64,000 nt of DNA from Nemertoderma westbladi. Taxonomy: Eukaryota; Animalia; Xenacoelomorpha. Below the pieces are notes generated by a model that worked only from the letters and a program-made list of their open reading frames with translations, was not told the DNA's origin and did no database searches. The translations under genes were made by a program, and so were the position numbers. The stretch is from positions 1-64,000 of the forward strand of contig JAUCBJ010007417.1 in the NCBI GenBank assembly GCA_032718475.1, in the 5' to 3' direction. Numbering within the stretch: the stretch's first letter is position 1; every line of letters starts with the position of its first letter. Below, in pieces: positions 39,101 to 51,050 of the stretch.

Positions 39101-40890
39101 AAATTAATCTGGGTGCATCAAAGCAATAAACAAAAGTTAAAGATGGTTACAGGACAAGTTGTATCTAGACAAGTTTTTTGAAAATTATAAAAGAAACATT
39201 TTTTAGTCAAATTTTGTTTGTTTTTCTTTTAATTCCTTTAATTCTTTAAATTTCTTTTAATTGGGGGCTGCCGCCGCCAAACCCCCGCTTCTTTTGTTGG
39301 GAGCTACCGCCCCCAAACCCCCGCTTCTTTTGTTGGGAGCTACCGCCCCCAAACCCCCGCTTATTTTCTTGGGGGCTGCCGCCCCCAAACCCCCGCTTCC
39401 TTTGTTGGGAGCTACCGCCCCCAAACCCCCGCTTATTTTCTTGGGGGCTGCCGCCCCCAAACCCCCGCTTCTTTTCTTGGGGGTTATCGCCCCCAGACCG
39501 CGGCATTTCCCTGAGTGCCCGTGGTGAAAGACTTAAGACCACTTTAAAATAATTAATTCATGTTTGTATCATTAGATAATAAATTGACTAAGCCTAAAGT
39601 AGGAGCTGTATTGAATGTTAACCAATTTAATATATAAATTACTACAATATTATATAATTCAACAAAATCCTATTAAAAATATTGCAAGTAACCAGGAAAT
39701 TTAATATGTAGTGTGTATAATATCTATATACAGTAGTATGTATAGTAGTAATACGTATACCAATATGTAATGCTGAACACAGAATACAGGTCGACGCATG
39801 TCGATTTTACCCTGGAGAGGTATAATTTTGATTGCAACAATAATATTAATCCCCATCTGCTACAATTTGAAGAATACTATTACATAATAATACCTATAAT
39901 TAAAACAATTAATTATTATAATTCTATAGTTAATAAAAACAGTATATCATTCCGGGGATGGAATTTATAGGTCATCTAATATAATTAATTGTTTAAAGAT
40001 TAGTAAACAATACGATGTAATTGCATTGATAAAACCCATAAATAAAACTTGGATATAAAATGTAAAATCGGGATGCAAAAGATCACTTTCTGAGCTACGA
40101 ATGGAAAATTGGATACAAATTATCTGGATACAAGCGGTCCGTTTACCTTACAAAATGAAAAATACGAATGTGCGAAGTTAAGAACAGTCGGGGGGGAAGT
40201 GTCCGCGGGGGGGAAGTGTCTGGGGGGGAAGTGTCCGGGGGGGAAGTGTCCTACTTGAGCGGGGGGGAACTGTCCGGGGGGGAAGTGTCCGGGGGGGAAG
40301 TGTCCGAACACCGAGCAGACATAAAAATAAATCCACGCACTAACAACATAAACATTCCACACACAAAAAACAGATACGGGCACGAAAGTATTACAGTAAA
40401 TCTTATTAATTTATGGAACACATTACCGGTTCACGTGACAAGTTCAAAATCACTCCAAATTTTTAAAAATCTATTGAAAAAAATATTCCATGTAAAATTT
40501 GAGCGGAGCGAGGTGACATAATTAGTAATATATAATAAAATGAACACGAACCGCAAAATAAACACAAAAGTCAAAATATAAAAAACCTGCACCCCCAACA
40601 AATGAATGTTTAATAACAAACTATCTTTAACAATTACCTACCTATTGATTACGTTTATTGTGCTGTGTATAGAGTACTACCGTTTAGTTAGGAATTATTA
40701 GATACAGTAGCTTATATGTATATTTAGTTAGAAACATGCATCATAGATACATGCCGCCCTGTGACACTTATTCAGTCAATTATCAGTAGGTACCTCGTGT
40801 ACAAACTGCCTCATGTATGTTTTGTTGCATAATGAGTTTTACTGAATAAAAGAGTTGAATGAATGAATGAATGAATGAATGAATGAATGA
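36197..40890 (+). mobile_element. Decayed L2/Crack-group LINE inserted inside a satellite unit
   Basis: APE motifs (INSRSL, VTETWL, GDFNI, SDHD) and RT motifs (NYRPVA, FLDLSKAF, GVPQG, YADD) broken by frameshifts/stops near 36610, 37575 and 38738; (TGAA)n tail at 40856-40890; interrupted unit resumes with duplicated aag(t). Confidence 0.92.
38967..40311. mobile_element. Non-autonomous foldback/Mutator-like element nested in the LINE
   Basis: 9-bp TSD cgagcagac at 38958-38966 and 40312-40320; inverted arrays of 15-bp ggacacttccccccc; internal 36-bp GC-rich tandem at 39261-39500; removing it restores the LINE frame LNRAD-IKINP. Confidence 0.88.
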
Positions 40891-43800
40891 AAGTACCCCT
40901 TAGTACATCCGTTATTGTTGCAGGTCAGACAGGGTGCGGTAAGACCACCCAAGTACCCCTTAGTACATCCGTTATTGTTGCAGGTCAGACAGGGTGCGGT
41001 AAGACCACCCAAGTACCCCTTAGTACATCCGTTATTGTTGCAGGTCAGACAGGGTGCGGTAAGACCACCCAGGTACCCCAGTATACCTGTTATTGTTGCA
41101 GGTCAGACAAGGTGTGGTAAGACCACCCAGGTACCCCCCAGGACATCCGATATTGTTGCAGGTCAGACAGGGTGTGGTAAGACCACCCAGGTACCCCCCA
41201 GTACATCCGTTATTGTTGCAGGTCAGACAGGGTGCGGTAATATCACCCAAGTACCCCTTAGTACATCCGTTATTGTTGCAGGTCAGACAGGGTGCGGTAA
41301 GACCACCCAGGTACCCCATTACACCTGTTATTGTTGCAGGTCAGACAAGGTGCGGTAAGACCACCCAGGTACCCCCCAGTACATCCGATATTGTTGCAGG
41401 TCAGACAGGGTGCGGTAAGACCACCCAAGTACCCCTTAGTACATCCGTTATTGTTGCAGGTCAGACAGGGTGTGGTAAGAAGACCACCCAAGTACCCCTT
41501 AGTACATCCGTTATTGTTGCAGGTCAGACAGGGTGCGGTAAGACCACCCAGGTACCCCTTAGTACATCCGTTATTGTTGCAGGTCAGGCAGGGTGCGGTA
41601 AGACCACCCAGGTACCCCCCAGTACATCCGATATTGTTGCAGGTCAGACAGGGTGCGGTAAGACCACCCAAGTACCCCTTAGTACATCCGTTATTGTTGC
41701 AGGTCAGACAGGGTGCGGTAAGACCACCCAGGTACCCCAGTACATCCGTTATTGTTGCAGGTCAGACAGGGTGTGGTAAGAAGACCACTCAAGTACCCCT
41801 TAGTACATCCGTTATTGTTGCAGGTCAGACAGGGTGCGGTAAGACCACCCAGGTACCCCCCAGTACATCCGATATTGTTGCAGGTCAGACAGGGTGCGGT
41901 AAGACCACCCAAGTACCCCTTAGTACATCCGTTATTGTTGCAGGTCAGACAGGGTGCGGTAAGACCACCCAGGTACCCCCCCAGTACATCCGATATTGTT
42001 GCAGGTCAGACAGGGTGCGGTAAGACCACCCAAGTACCCCTTAGTACATCCGTTATTGTTGCAGGTCAGACAGGGTGCGGTAAGACCACCCAGGTACCCC
42101 CCAGTACATCCGATATTGTTGCAGGTCAGACAGGGTGCGGTAAGACCACCCAGGTACCCCCCAGTACATCCGTTTTTGTTGCAGGTCAGACAGGGTGCGG
42201 TAAGACCACCCAGGTACCCCAGTACATCCGTTATTGTTGCAGGTCAGACAGGGTGTGGTAAGAAGACCACCCAAGTACCCCTTAGTACATCCGTTATTGT
42301 TGCAGGTCAGACAGGGTGCGGTAAGACCACCCAGGTACCCCCCCAGTACATTCGTTTTTGTTGCAGGTCAGACAGGGTGCGGTAAGACCACCCAAGTACC
42401 CCTTAGTACATCCGTTATTGTTGCAGGTCAGACAGGGTGCGGTAAGACCACCCAGGTACCCCCCAGTACATCCGTTTTTGTTGCAGGTCAGACAGGGTGC
42501 GGTAAGACCACCCAAGTACCCCTTAGTACATCCGTTATTGTTGCAGGTCAGACAGGGTGCGGTAAGACCACCCAAGTACCCCTTAGTACATCCGTTATTG
42601 TTGCAGGTCAGACAGGGTGCGGTAAGACCACCCAGGTACCCCCCAGTACATCCGTTTTTGTTGCAGGTCAGACAGGGTGCGGTAAGACCACCCAGGTACC
42701 CCTTAGTACATCCGTTATTGTTGCAGGTCAGACAGGGTGCGGTAAGACCACCCAGGTACCCCCCAGTACATCCGATATTGTTGCAGGTCAGACAGGGTGC
42801 GGTAAGACCACCCAGGTACCCCCCAGTACATCCGTTTTTGTTGCAGGTCAGACAGGGTGCGGTAAGACCACCCAGGTACCCCAGTACATCCGTTATTGTT
42901 GCAGGTCAGACAGGGTGTGGTAAGAAGACCACCCAAGTACCCCTTAGTACATCCGTTATTGTTGCAGGTCAGACAGGGTGCGGTAAGACCACCCAGGTAC
43001 CCCCCCAGTACATTCGTTTTTGTTGCAGGTCAGACAGGGTGCGGTAAGACCACCCAAGTACCCCTTAGTACATCCGTTATTGTTGCAGGTCAGACAGGGT
43101 GCGGTAAGACCACCCAGGTACCCCCCAGTACATCCGTTTTTGTTGCAGGTCAGACAGGGTGCGGTAAGACCACCCAAGTACCCCTTAGTACATCCGTTAT
43201 TGTTGCAGGTCAGACAGGGTGCGGTAAGACCACCCAAGTACCCCTTAGTACATCCGTTATTGTTGCAGGTCAGACAGGGTGCGGTAAGACCACCCAGGTA
43301 CCCCCCAGTACATCCGTTTTTGTTGCAGGTCAGACAGGGTGCGGTAAGACCACCCAAGTACCCCTTAGTACATCCGTTATTGTTGCAGGTCAGACAGGGT
43401 GCGGTAAGACCACCCAAGTACCCCTTAGTACATCCGTTATTGTTGCAGGTCAGACAGGGTGCGGTAAGTCCACCCAGGTACCCCTTAGTACATCCGTTAT
43501 TGTTGCAGGTCAGACAGGGTGCGGTAAGACCACCCAAGTACCCCTTAGTACATCCGTTATTGTTGCAGGTCAGACAGGGTGCGGTAAGACCACCCAGGTA
43601 CCCCCCAGTACATCCGTTTTTGTTGCAGGTCAGACAGGGTGCGGTAAGACCACCCAAGTACCCCTTAGTACATCCGTTATTGTTGCAGGTCAGACAGGGT
43701 GCGGTAAGACCACCCAAGTACCCCTTAGTACATCCGTTATTGTTGCAGGTCAGACAGGGTGCGGTAAGACCACCCAGGTACCCCCCAGTACATCCGTTTT

Positions 43801-44412
43801 TGTTGCAGGTCAGACAGGGTGCGGTAAGACCACCCAAGTTCCCCTTAGTACATCCGTTATTGTTGCAGGTCAGACAGGGTGCGGTAAGACCACCCAAGTA
43901 CCCCTTAGTACATCCGTTATTGTTGCAGGTCAGACAGGGTGCGGTAAGAAGACCACCCAAGTACCCCTTAGTACATCCGTTATTGTTGCAGGTCAGACAG
44001 GGTGCGGTAAGACCACCCAGGTACCCCCAGTACATCCGATATTGTTGCAGGTCAGACAGGGTGCGGTAAGACCACCCAAGTACCCCTTAGTACATCCGTT
44101 ATTGTTGCAGGTCAGGCAGGGTGCGGTAAGACCACCCAGGTACCCCCCAGTACATCCGATATTGTTGCAGGTCAGACAGGGTGCGGTAAGACCACCCAAG
44201 TACCCCTCAGTACATCCGTTATTGTTGCAGGTCAGGCAGGGTGCGGTAAGACCACCCAGGTACCCCCAGTACATCCGTTATTGTTGCAGGTCAGACAGGG
44301 TGCGGTAAGAAGACCACCCAAGTACCCCTTAGTACATCCGTTATTGTTGCAGGTCAGACAGGGTGCGGTAAGACCACCCAAGTACCCCTTAGTACATCCG
44401 TTATTGTTGCAG
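40891..44412 (+). repeat. 60-bp satellite, right arm (~59 copies), contiguous with exon 3
   Basis: Same unit as 32192-36196, more homogeneous; the last copy is the real acceptor/exon 3 start. Confidence 0.95.
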
Positions 44413-44867
44413 GTCAGACAGGGTGCGGTAAGACCACCCAGGTACCCCAGTATATTCTCTCTCGGATGATCAGCCAAGGCAGGGCGGCTGACTGCAACAT
44501 CGTGGTCACTCAACCACGACGGATTTCCGCGATTTCTGTTGCGGAACGCGTCGCAGCTGAACGAGGCGAGGACATCGCTGATTCTGTCGGGTACTCGGTA
44601 CGTTTCGAGTCCTACCTCCCACGGCCTCACGGCTCCGTAATGTTCTGCACCGTGGGCGTCCTCCTCAGGAAGCTTGAGTCCGGTCTCCGAGGAGTATCCC
44701 ACGTAATTGTGGACGAGATCCACGAACGGGATTTGAACTCGGATTTTCTCCTCATTCTCCTTAAAGACATGGTCGCCAAGTATCCTGCTATGAGAGTGAT
44801 TCTCATGAGCGCGACCATCGATACCTCCATGTTTAGCGATTACTTTGGCAATTGTCCAGTCATAGAG
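44413..44867 (+). CDS. DHX9: DHX9 coding exon 3 (motifs I-III)
   Basis: [45 protein letters not shown]; acceptor TTGCAG|GT, donor GAG|GTTTGT; phase 1 to 0. Confidence 0.95.
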
Positions 44868-45071
44868 GTTTGTTTTTATATTATATCGTTCTTCCGTTCG
44901 TACTTTTAATACAAATATTGCATTCCATTTGGGAGACGTGATAATTTTGTTTTTTTTTTACAATAAAACTTTACTTGAAAATTTAAATACTCTGTCTGTA
45001 GTATATATAACAACATGTTTATTGTGTTGAACTTTATACGTCGGTTGGGAATACTTTATGTGACTACCGGT

Positions 45072-46157
45072 TAGAGTTGTAACTGAGACCTGTTTTTCTT
45101 AATCCCGGTGTACCAGAGACCTACCCAGAGAATTATTTTGAAAAATACCGGAGACCAGAGCCGGAGATCAGAGACTTTGTTTATTTTTGTACTTACAATT
45201 TGATTACTCCCCTATAGCACAAACAGGTACATACGGCCTTAGAACTATTTTTCTATGGTTGAATTACAGTAAAGTAAATCCAACCCATTTCAACCTCTAC
45301 TTACTTACCCATTGTAAGAAAATAAGCGCACGTACAGTTTTGGGGGCTTAATTAATATTAATTTGGTTATTTGTTTATTAATTCGTTCTTATTTTGTTAC
45401 TACTACTACTACTACTACTTATGTTATCGTCTATTATCTATTATCTATTATCTTATGATGTTATCATCTATTTTGTTATTGTTAATAATATGTTACATAA
45501 ATTTGTTTTGCGCCATAGGTACCGGTACTTTGTTAATTAAACTAAAGGCACTTATTTTACAATTGTTCAAATCATATACATTTCAATGTACTATAAACTT
45601 AGTCATTTACGAATACTTAGTGCACCCAGGTATAGTGCTCTACTCGCCCCATTTACAAGCCTCGTTACGCTCGTTCTCTCCATTTGGTCGTCATATTATC
45701 TATCCAATAACAAATTGAATGGAGATCAGCCCTTTCTTTCACTTTTAAACTTTGAGTGCTCAAATTAAGCGCCCGTATCCTTAAAGAAGAACCATCTTTA
45801 GGTGCTAATTTAACTTAAAATTAAACGCACCTTAAATTAATTAAATAGAAGATTATCGGTACATTTATTAGAAATATAAATAGTGTAAAAGTAAATATAT
45901 ATAATTGTGTTGAATTGGTATATGAAAAATAGTTAAAAATGAAAGAAATAATTGTAAAAAATTTGTGAAAAATAATCATCATTTCACATTTTGTGTTGTA
46001 CAGGATCTATTTTTAAATATCTATTTCTGTCAAATCACTTATCTCTGGGTAAAATGCCTGTTTCAATACCCGGGAACCAGAGAACTATCCGGAGACCGAA
46101 AAATAGCCCGGAGAATCCAGAGACAGAGATCAATGACAAGTCTCTGTTTCAACTCTA
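45072..46157. mobile_element. hAT-like non-autonomous element
   Basis: TIR tagagttg(t/a)aac.gagac ... gtctctgtttcaactcta; 8-bp TSD ctaccggt at 45064-45071 and 46158-46165. Confidence 0.85.
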
Positions 46158-46171
46158 CTACCGGTATATAC

Positions 46172-46810
46172 TAGAGTTGAAACAGAGACCTGTTTTTCTT
46201 AATCCCGGTGAACCAGAGACCTACCCGGAGAATTATTTTGAAAAATACTGTAGACCACAGATCAGAGACTTTGCTTATTTTTCTACAATAATAATTGATT
46301 ATAGCACAAACAAGTACCGGTACGTAATTATATTACGTATTATATAGAGTTGAAACAGAGACCTGTCACTGATCAAAAACAGGTCTCTGTTTCAACTCTA
46401 GTATTATATTATATAATTACTTAAATATTGTAACTATTTTCTATACTCCAACACATTCGACCCTTAAAACCCAATAACAATCGAAAAAATAATCGCTGAG
46501 TACAGTTTAGGTTATTGTAACATTAATTTGTTTTCAGTTTTCCTACATTTAGGTAATTTGTCTATAATAAAAAAAGGCATTTACCTTCCAATGTTTCTAT
46601 AAACTTGGTCATTTACTACTCCGCTCGCCACCTTTACAAGCCTCATTGCGCTCGTATCACCATTTGTTCTCCGTAATATATAACCTACGCCTACAACAAG
46701 GTGAAAAGAACTCAACCTTTACTTTTCAACTTTGTGCTCAAATTAAGCACACTTATCCTTAAAATAAGAACCCCTGTAGGTGCTAAATTATCTTAATTAA
46801 ATCGGGTTAA
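46172..46810. mobile_element. Second, right-truncated copy of the same hAT-like family
   Basis: 46172-46320 matches 45072-45230 and 46590-46800 matches ~45585-45820; no right TIR before the 51-bp array begins. Confidence 0.7.
46345..46400. mobile_element. 56-bp minimal hAT-like MITE (two TIRs only)
   Basis: 22-bp perfect TIR tagagttgaaacagagacctgt + 12-bp spacer; 8-bp TSD gtattata at 46337-46344 and 46401-46408. Confidence 0.85.
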
Positions 46811-46814
46811 ATCA

Positions 46815-49800
46815 GGTCGAACCCACCCGGTTACGGTTTACTATTTCGTTGTGTTTTAGGTGTCCGGTCGGACCCACCCGGTTACGGTTTACTATTTCGT
46901 TGTGTTCTAGGTGTCCGGTCGAACCCACCCGGTTACGGTTTACTATTTCGTTGTGATCTAGGTGTCCGGTCGAACCCACACGGTTACGGTTTACTATTTC
47001 GTTGTGTTCTAGGTGTCCGGTCGAACCCACCCGGTTACGGTTTACTATTTCGTTGTGTTCTAGGTGTCCGGTCGAACCCACCCGGTTACGGTTTACTATT
47101 TCGTTGTGTTCTAGGTGTCCGGTCGAACCCACACGGTTACGGTTTACTATTTCGTTGTGTTCTAGGTGTCCGGTCGAACCCACCCGGTTACGGTTTACTA
47201 TTTCGTTGTGTTCTAGGTGTCCGGTCGAACCCACCCGGGTACGGTTTACTATTTCGTTGTGTTCTAGGTGTCCGGTCGAACCCACCCGGTTACGGTTTAC
47301 TATTTCGTTGTGTTCTAGGTGTCCGGTCGAACCCACCCGGTTACGGTTTACTATTTCGTTGTGTTCTAGGTGTCCGGTCGAACCCACCCGGGTACGGTTT
47401 ACTATTTCGTTGTGTTCTAGGTGTCCGGTCGTACCCACCCGGTTACGGTTTACTATTTCGTTGTGATCTAGGTGTCCGGTCGAACCCACCCGGTTACGGT
47501 TTACTATTTCGTTGTGTTCTAGGTGTCCGGTCGAACCCACCCGGGTACGGTTTACTATTTCGTTGTGCTCTAGGTGTCCGGTCGAACCCACCCGGTTACG
47601 GTTTACTATTTCGTTGTGTTCTAGGTGTCCGGTCGAACCCACCCGGTTACGGTTTACTATTTCGTTGTGTTCTAGGTGTCCGGTCGAACCCACCCGGTTA
47701 CGGTTTACTATTTCGTTGTGTTCTAGGTGTCCGGTCGAACCCACCCGGTTACGGTTTACTATTTCGTTGTGTTCTAGGTGTCCGGTCGGACCCACCCGGT
47801 TACGGTTTACTATTTCGTTGTGTTCTAGGTGTCCGGTCGAACCCACCCGGTTACGGTTTACTATTTCGTTGTGTTCTAGGTGTCCGGTCGAACCCACCCG
47901 GTTACGGTTTACTATTTCGTTGTGTTCTAGGTGTCCGGTCGAACCCACCCGGTTACGGTTTACTATTTCGTTGTGTTCTAGGTATCCGGTCGGACCCACC
48001 CGGTTACGGTTTACTATTTCGTTGTGTTCTAGGTGTCCGGTCGAACCCACCCGGTTACGGTTTACTATTTCGTTGTGTTCTAGGTGTCCGGTCGAACCCA
48101 CCCGGTTACGGTTTACTATTTCGTTGTGTTGTAGGTGTCCGGTCGAACCCACCCGGTTACGGTTTACTATTTCGTTGTGTTCTAGGTGTCCGGTCGGACC
48201 CACCCGGTTACGGTTTACTATTTCGTTGTGTTCTAGGTGTCCGGTCGAACCCACCCGGTTACGGTTTACTATTTCGTTGTGTTCTAGGTGTCCGGTCGGA
48301 CCCACCCGGTTACGGTTTACTATTTCGTTGTGTTCTAGGTGTCCGGTCGAACCCACCCGGTTACGGTTTACTATTTCGTTGTGTTCTAGGTGTCCGGTCG
48401 AACCCACACGGTTACGGTTTACTATTTCGTTGTGTTCTAGGTGTCCGGTCGAACCCACCCGGTTACGGTTTACTATTTCGTTGTGTTCTAGGTGTCCGGT
48501 CGAACCCACCCGGTTACGGTTTACTATTTCGTTGTGTTCTAGGTGTCCGGTCGAACCCACCCGGGTACGGTTTACTATTTCGTTAGGTGTCCGGTCGAAC
48601 CCACCCGGTTACGGTTTACTATTTCGTTGTGTTCTAGGTGTCCGGTCGGACCCACCCGGTTACGGTTTACTATTTCGTTGTGTTCTAGGTGTCCGGTCGA
48701 ACCCACCCGGGTACGGTTTACTATTTCGTTAGGTGTCCGGTCGAACCCACCCGGTTACGGTTTACTATTTCGTTGTGTTCTAGGTGTCCGGTCGGACCCA
48801 CCCGGTTACGGTTTACTATTTCGTTGTGTTCTAGGTGTCCGGTCGAACCCACACGGTTACGGTTTACTATTTCGTTGTGTTCTAGGTGTCCGGTCGAACC
48901 CACCCGGTTACGGTTTACTATTTCGTTGTGTTCTAGGTGTCCGGTCGAACCCACCCGGTTACGGTTTACTATTTCGTTGTGTTCTAGGTGTCCGGTCGAA
49001 CCCACCCGGGTACGGTTTACTATTTCGTTAGGTGTCCGGTCGAACCCACCCGGTTACGGTTTACTATTTCGTTGTGTTCTAGGTGTCCGGTCGAACCCAC
49101 CCGGGTACGGTTTACTATTTCGTTGTGTTCTAGGTGTCCGGTCGAACCCACCCGGGTACGGTTTACTATTTCGTTAGGTGTCCGGTCGAACCCACCCGGT
49201 TACGGTTTACTATTTCGTTGTGTTCTAGGTGTCCGGTCGAACCCACCCGGGTACGGTTTACTATTTCGTTGTGTTCTAGGTGTCCGGTCGAACCCACCCG
49301 GGTACGGTTTACTATTTCGTTAGGTGTCCGGTCGAACCCATCCGGTTACGGTTTACTATTTCGTTGTGTTCTAGGTGTCCGGTCGGACCCACCCGGTTAC
49401 GGTTTACTATTTCGTTGTGTTCTAGGTGTCCGGTCAAACCCACCCGGGCACGGTTTACTATTTCGTTGTGTTCTAGGTGTCCGGTCGGACCCACCCGGTT
49501 ACGGTTTACTATTTCGTTGTGTTGTAGGTGTCCGGTCGAACCCACCCGGTTACGGTTTACTATTTCGTTGTGTTCTAGGTGTCCGGTCGAACCCACCCGG
49601 TTACGGTTTACTATTTCGTTGTGTTCTAGGTGTCCGGTCGGACCCACCCGGTTACGGTTTACTATTTCGTTGTGTTGTAGGTGTCCGGTCGAACCCACCC
49701 GGTTACGGTTTACTATTTCGTTGTGTTCTAGGTGTCCGGTCAAACCCACCCGGGCACGGTTTACTATTTCGTTGTGTTCTAGGTGTCCGGTCGGACCCAC

Positions 49801-50043
49801 CCGGTTACGGTTTACTATTTCGTTGTGCTCTAGGTGTCCGGTCGGACCCACACGGTCACGGTTACGGTTTACTATTTCGTTGTGTTCTAGGTGTCCGGTC
49901 GGACCCACCCGGTTACGGTTTACTATTTCGTTGTGTTCTAGGTGTCCGGTCGAACCCACCCGGTTACGGTTTACTATTTCGTTGTGATCTAGGTGTCCGG
50001 TCGAACCCACCCGGTTACGGTTTACTATTTCGTTGTGTTCTAG
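46815..50043 (+). repeat. 51-bp satellite (~64 copies), copy of the intron 3 acceptor + start of exon 4
   Basis: Unit gtgtccggtcgaacccacccggttacggtttactatttcgttgtgttctag; the first 36 nt are identical to exon 4 at 50044-50079; a few 44-bp deletion variants at 48580-49330. Confidence 0.96.
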
Positions 50044-50394
50044 GTGTCCGGTCGAACCCACCCGGTTACGGTTTACTATCTCGAGGATTGCGTGGAACTC
50101 GTCGACTTTAAACCGCCGCCGCCGCGGAAGAAGGGCCGCGGTAACCGTGACGACGACGAAGACGAACCCGATCTGGAAGCCGTCGGAGAGGACGACGAGA
50201 ACCTGAACCTGATCGTGTCTGACGCGTACAAAGCCACGACCAAGTGGGCCGTCACCCACATGTCGGAGAAGGAGTTGAGTTTCGAGTTGATCGAGGCTCT
50301 TCTGCGGCACATCTCGAGTCTCAACCAACCCGGCGCTGTGCTCATCTTCCTTCCCGGGTGGTCCCTCATCCAGGCTCTCCTAAAACACCTCCAG
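50044..50394 (+). CDS. DHX9: DHX9 coding exon 4
   Basis: VSGRTHPVTVYYLEDC...SFELIEALL...PGAVLIFLPGW (motif IV); TAG|GTG acceptor, CAG|GTTTGT donor; phase 0 to 0. Confidence 0.95.
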
Positions 50395-51050
50395 GTTTGT
50401 TATTGTTATCGGTATTAACTTAAAAATATTTAAATTCAATCAATATTGGCAAACCATCAATCAGTAATCGATATAGTTTCTATATTTCACAAAAAAATTT
50501 ATTACTTAATTATTAAATTTATTTGCTTATTTTTTATTCAGTTTGGGACTTTTGGAAATGACCTGGTATAATTATTGTTCACCTTTCCTGGTTAACGTGC
50601 TACTACCATATTAAGTGTTAGTGAGGCTGAGCCCAACCGAATACAAACAGTAGTCAGTATAGTTCAGTCTTATGTTTAAATTTGTTTGAATATAAATGTA
50701 AATTTATTTTTGGTGTTTTTTACATTTACATTAATTCTTTTTTGTTTTACATTAATTGTTAATTTTGTCAACTATTAATTCGTTGTACGGGCAAAAAATC
50801 GGCCAAAAAATGTACATCCGTCTGGAGCAGGAACCGGTTTTTCTCAAAAAACCGGCCGAATAACCGGCACACCCCTCGAAGTAATTAATTACTAATTAGT
50901 AATTATAAAATAAAAATAATATAATATAAATAATATAATAATAATATAAACTAATATAAAAATAAATAAAATTAATTTGTAATTAATATTACAAATTAAA
51001 GATTTTGAATAAGTCGCATCCGCCGATTCTGTAGAAAGATGTAGAAGAGG

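Noticed and set aside
42896-44308. 470-aa tandem P-loop ORF as a separate gene
   Set aside because: It is the 60-bp intronic array read in frame. Other frames and the opposite strand are also open, and it changes register at unit indels.
14060-50043. Regular arrays as CRISPR loci
   Set aside because: No unique spacers and no cas genes; the context is a spliceosomal eukaryotic gene and the units are head-to-tail copies.
46812-50328. Long repetitive ORFs on both strands (582, 406, 338 aa)
   Set aside because: A 51-bp stop-free period produces them automatically; no independent coding evidence.
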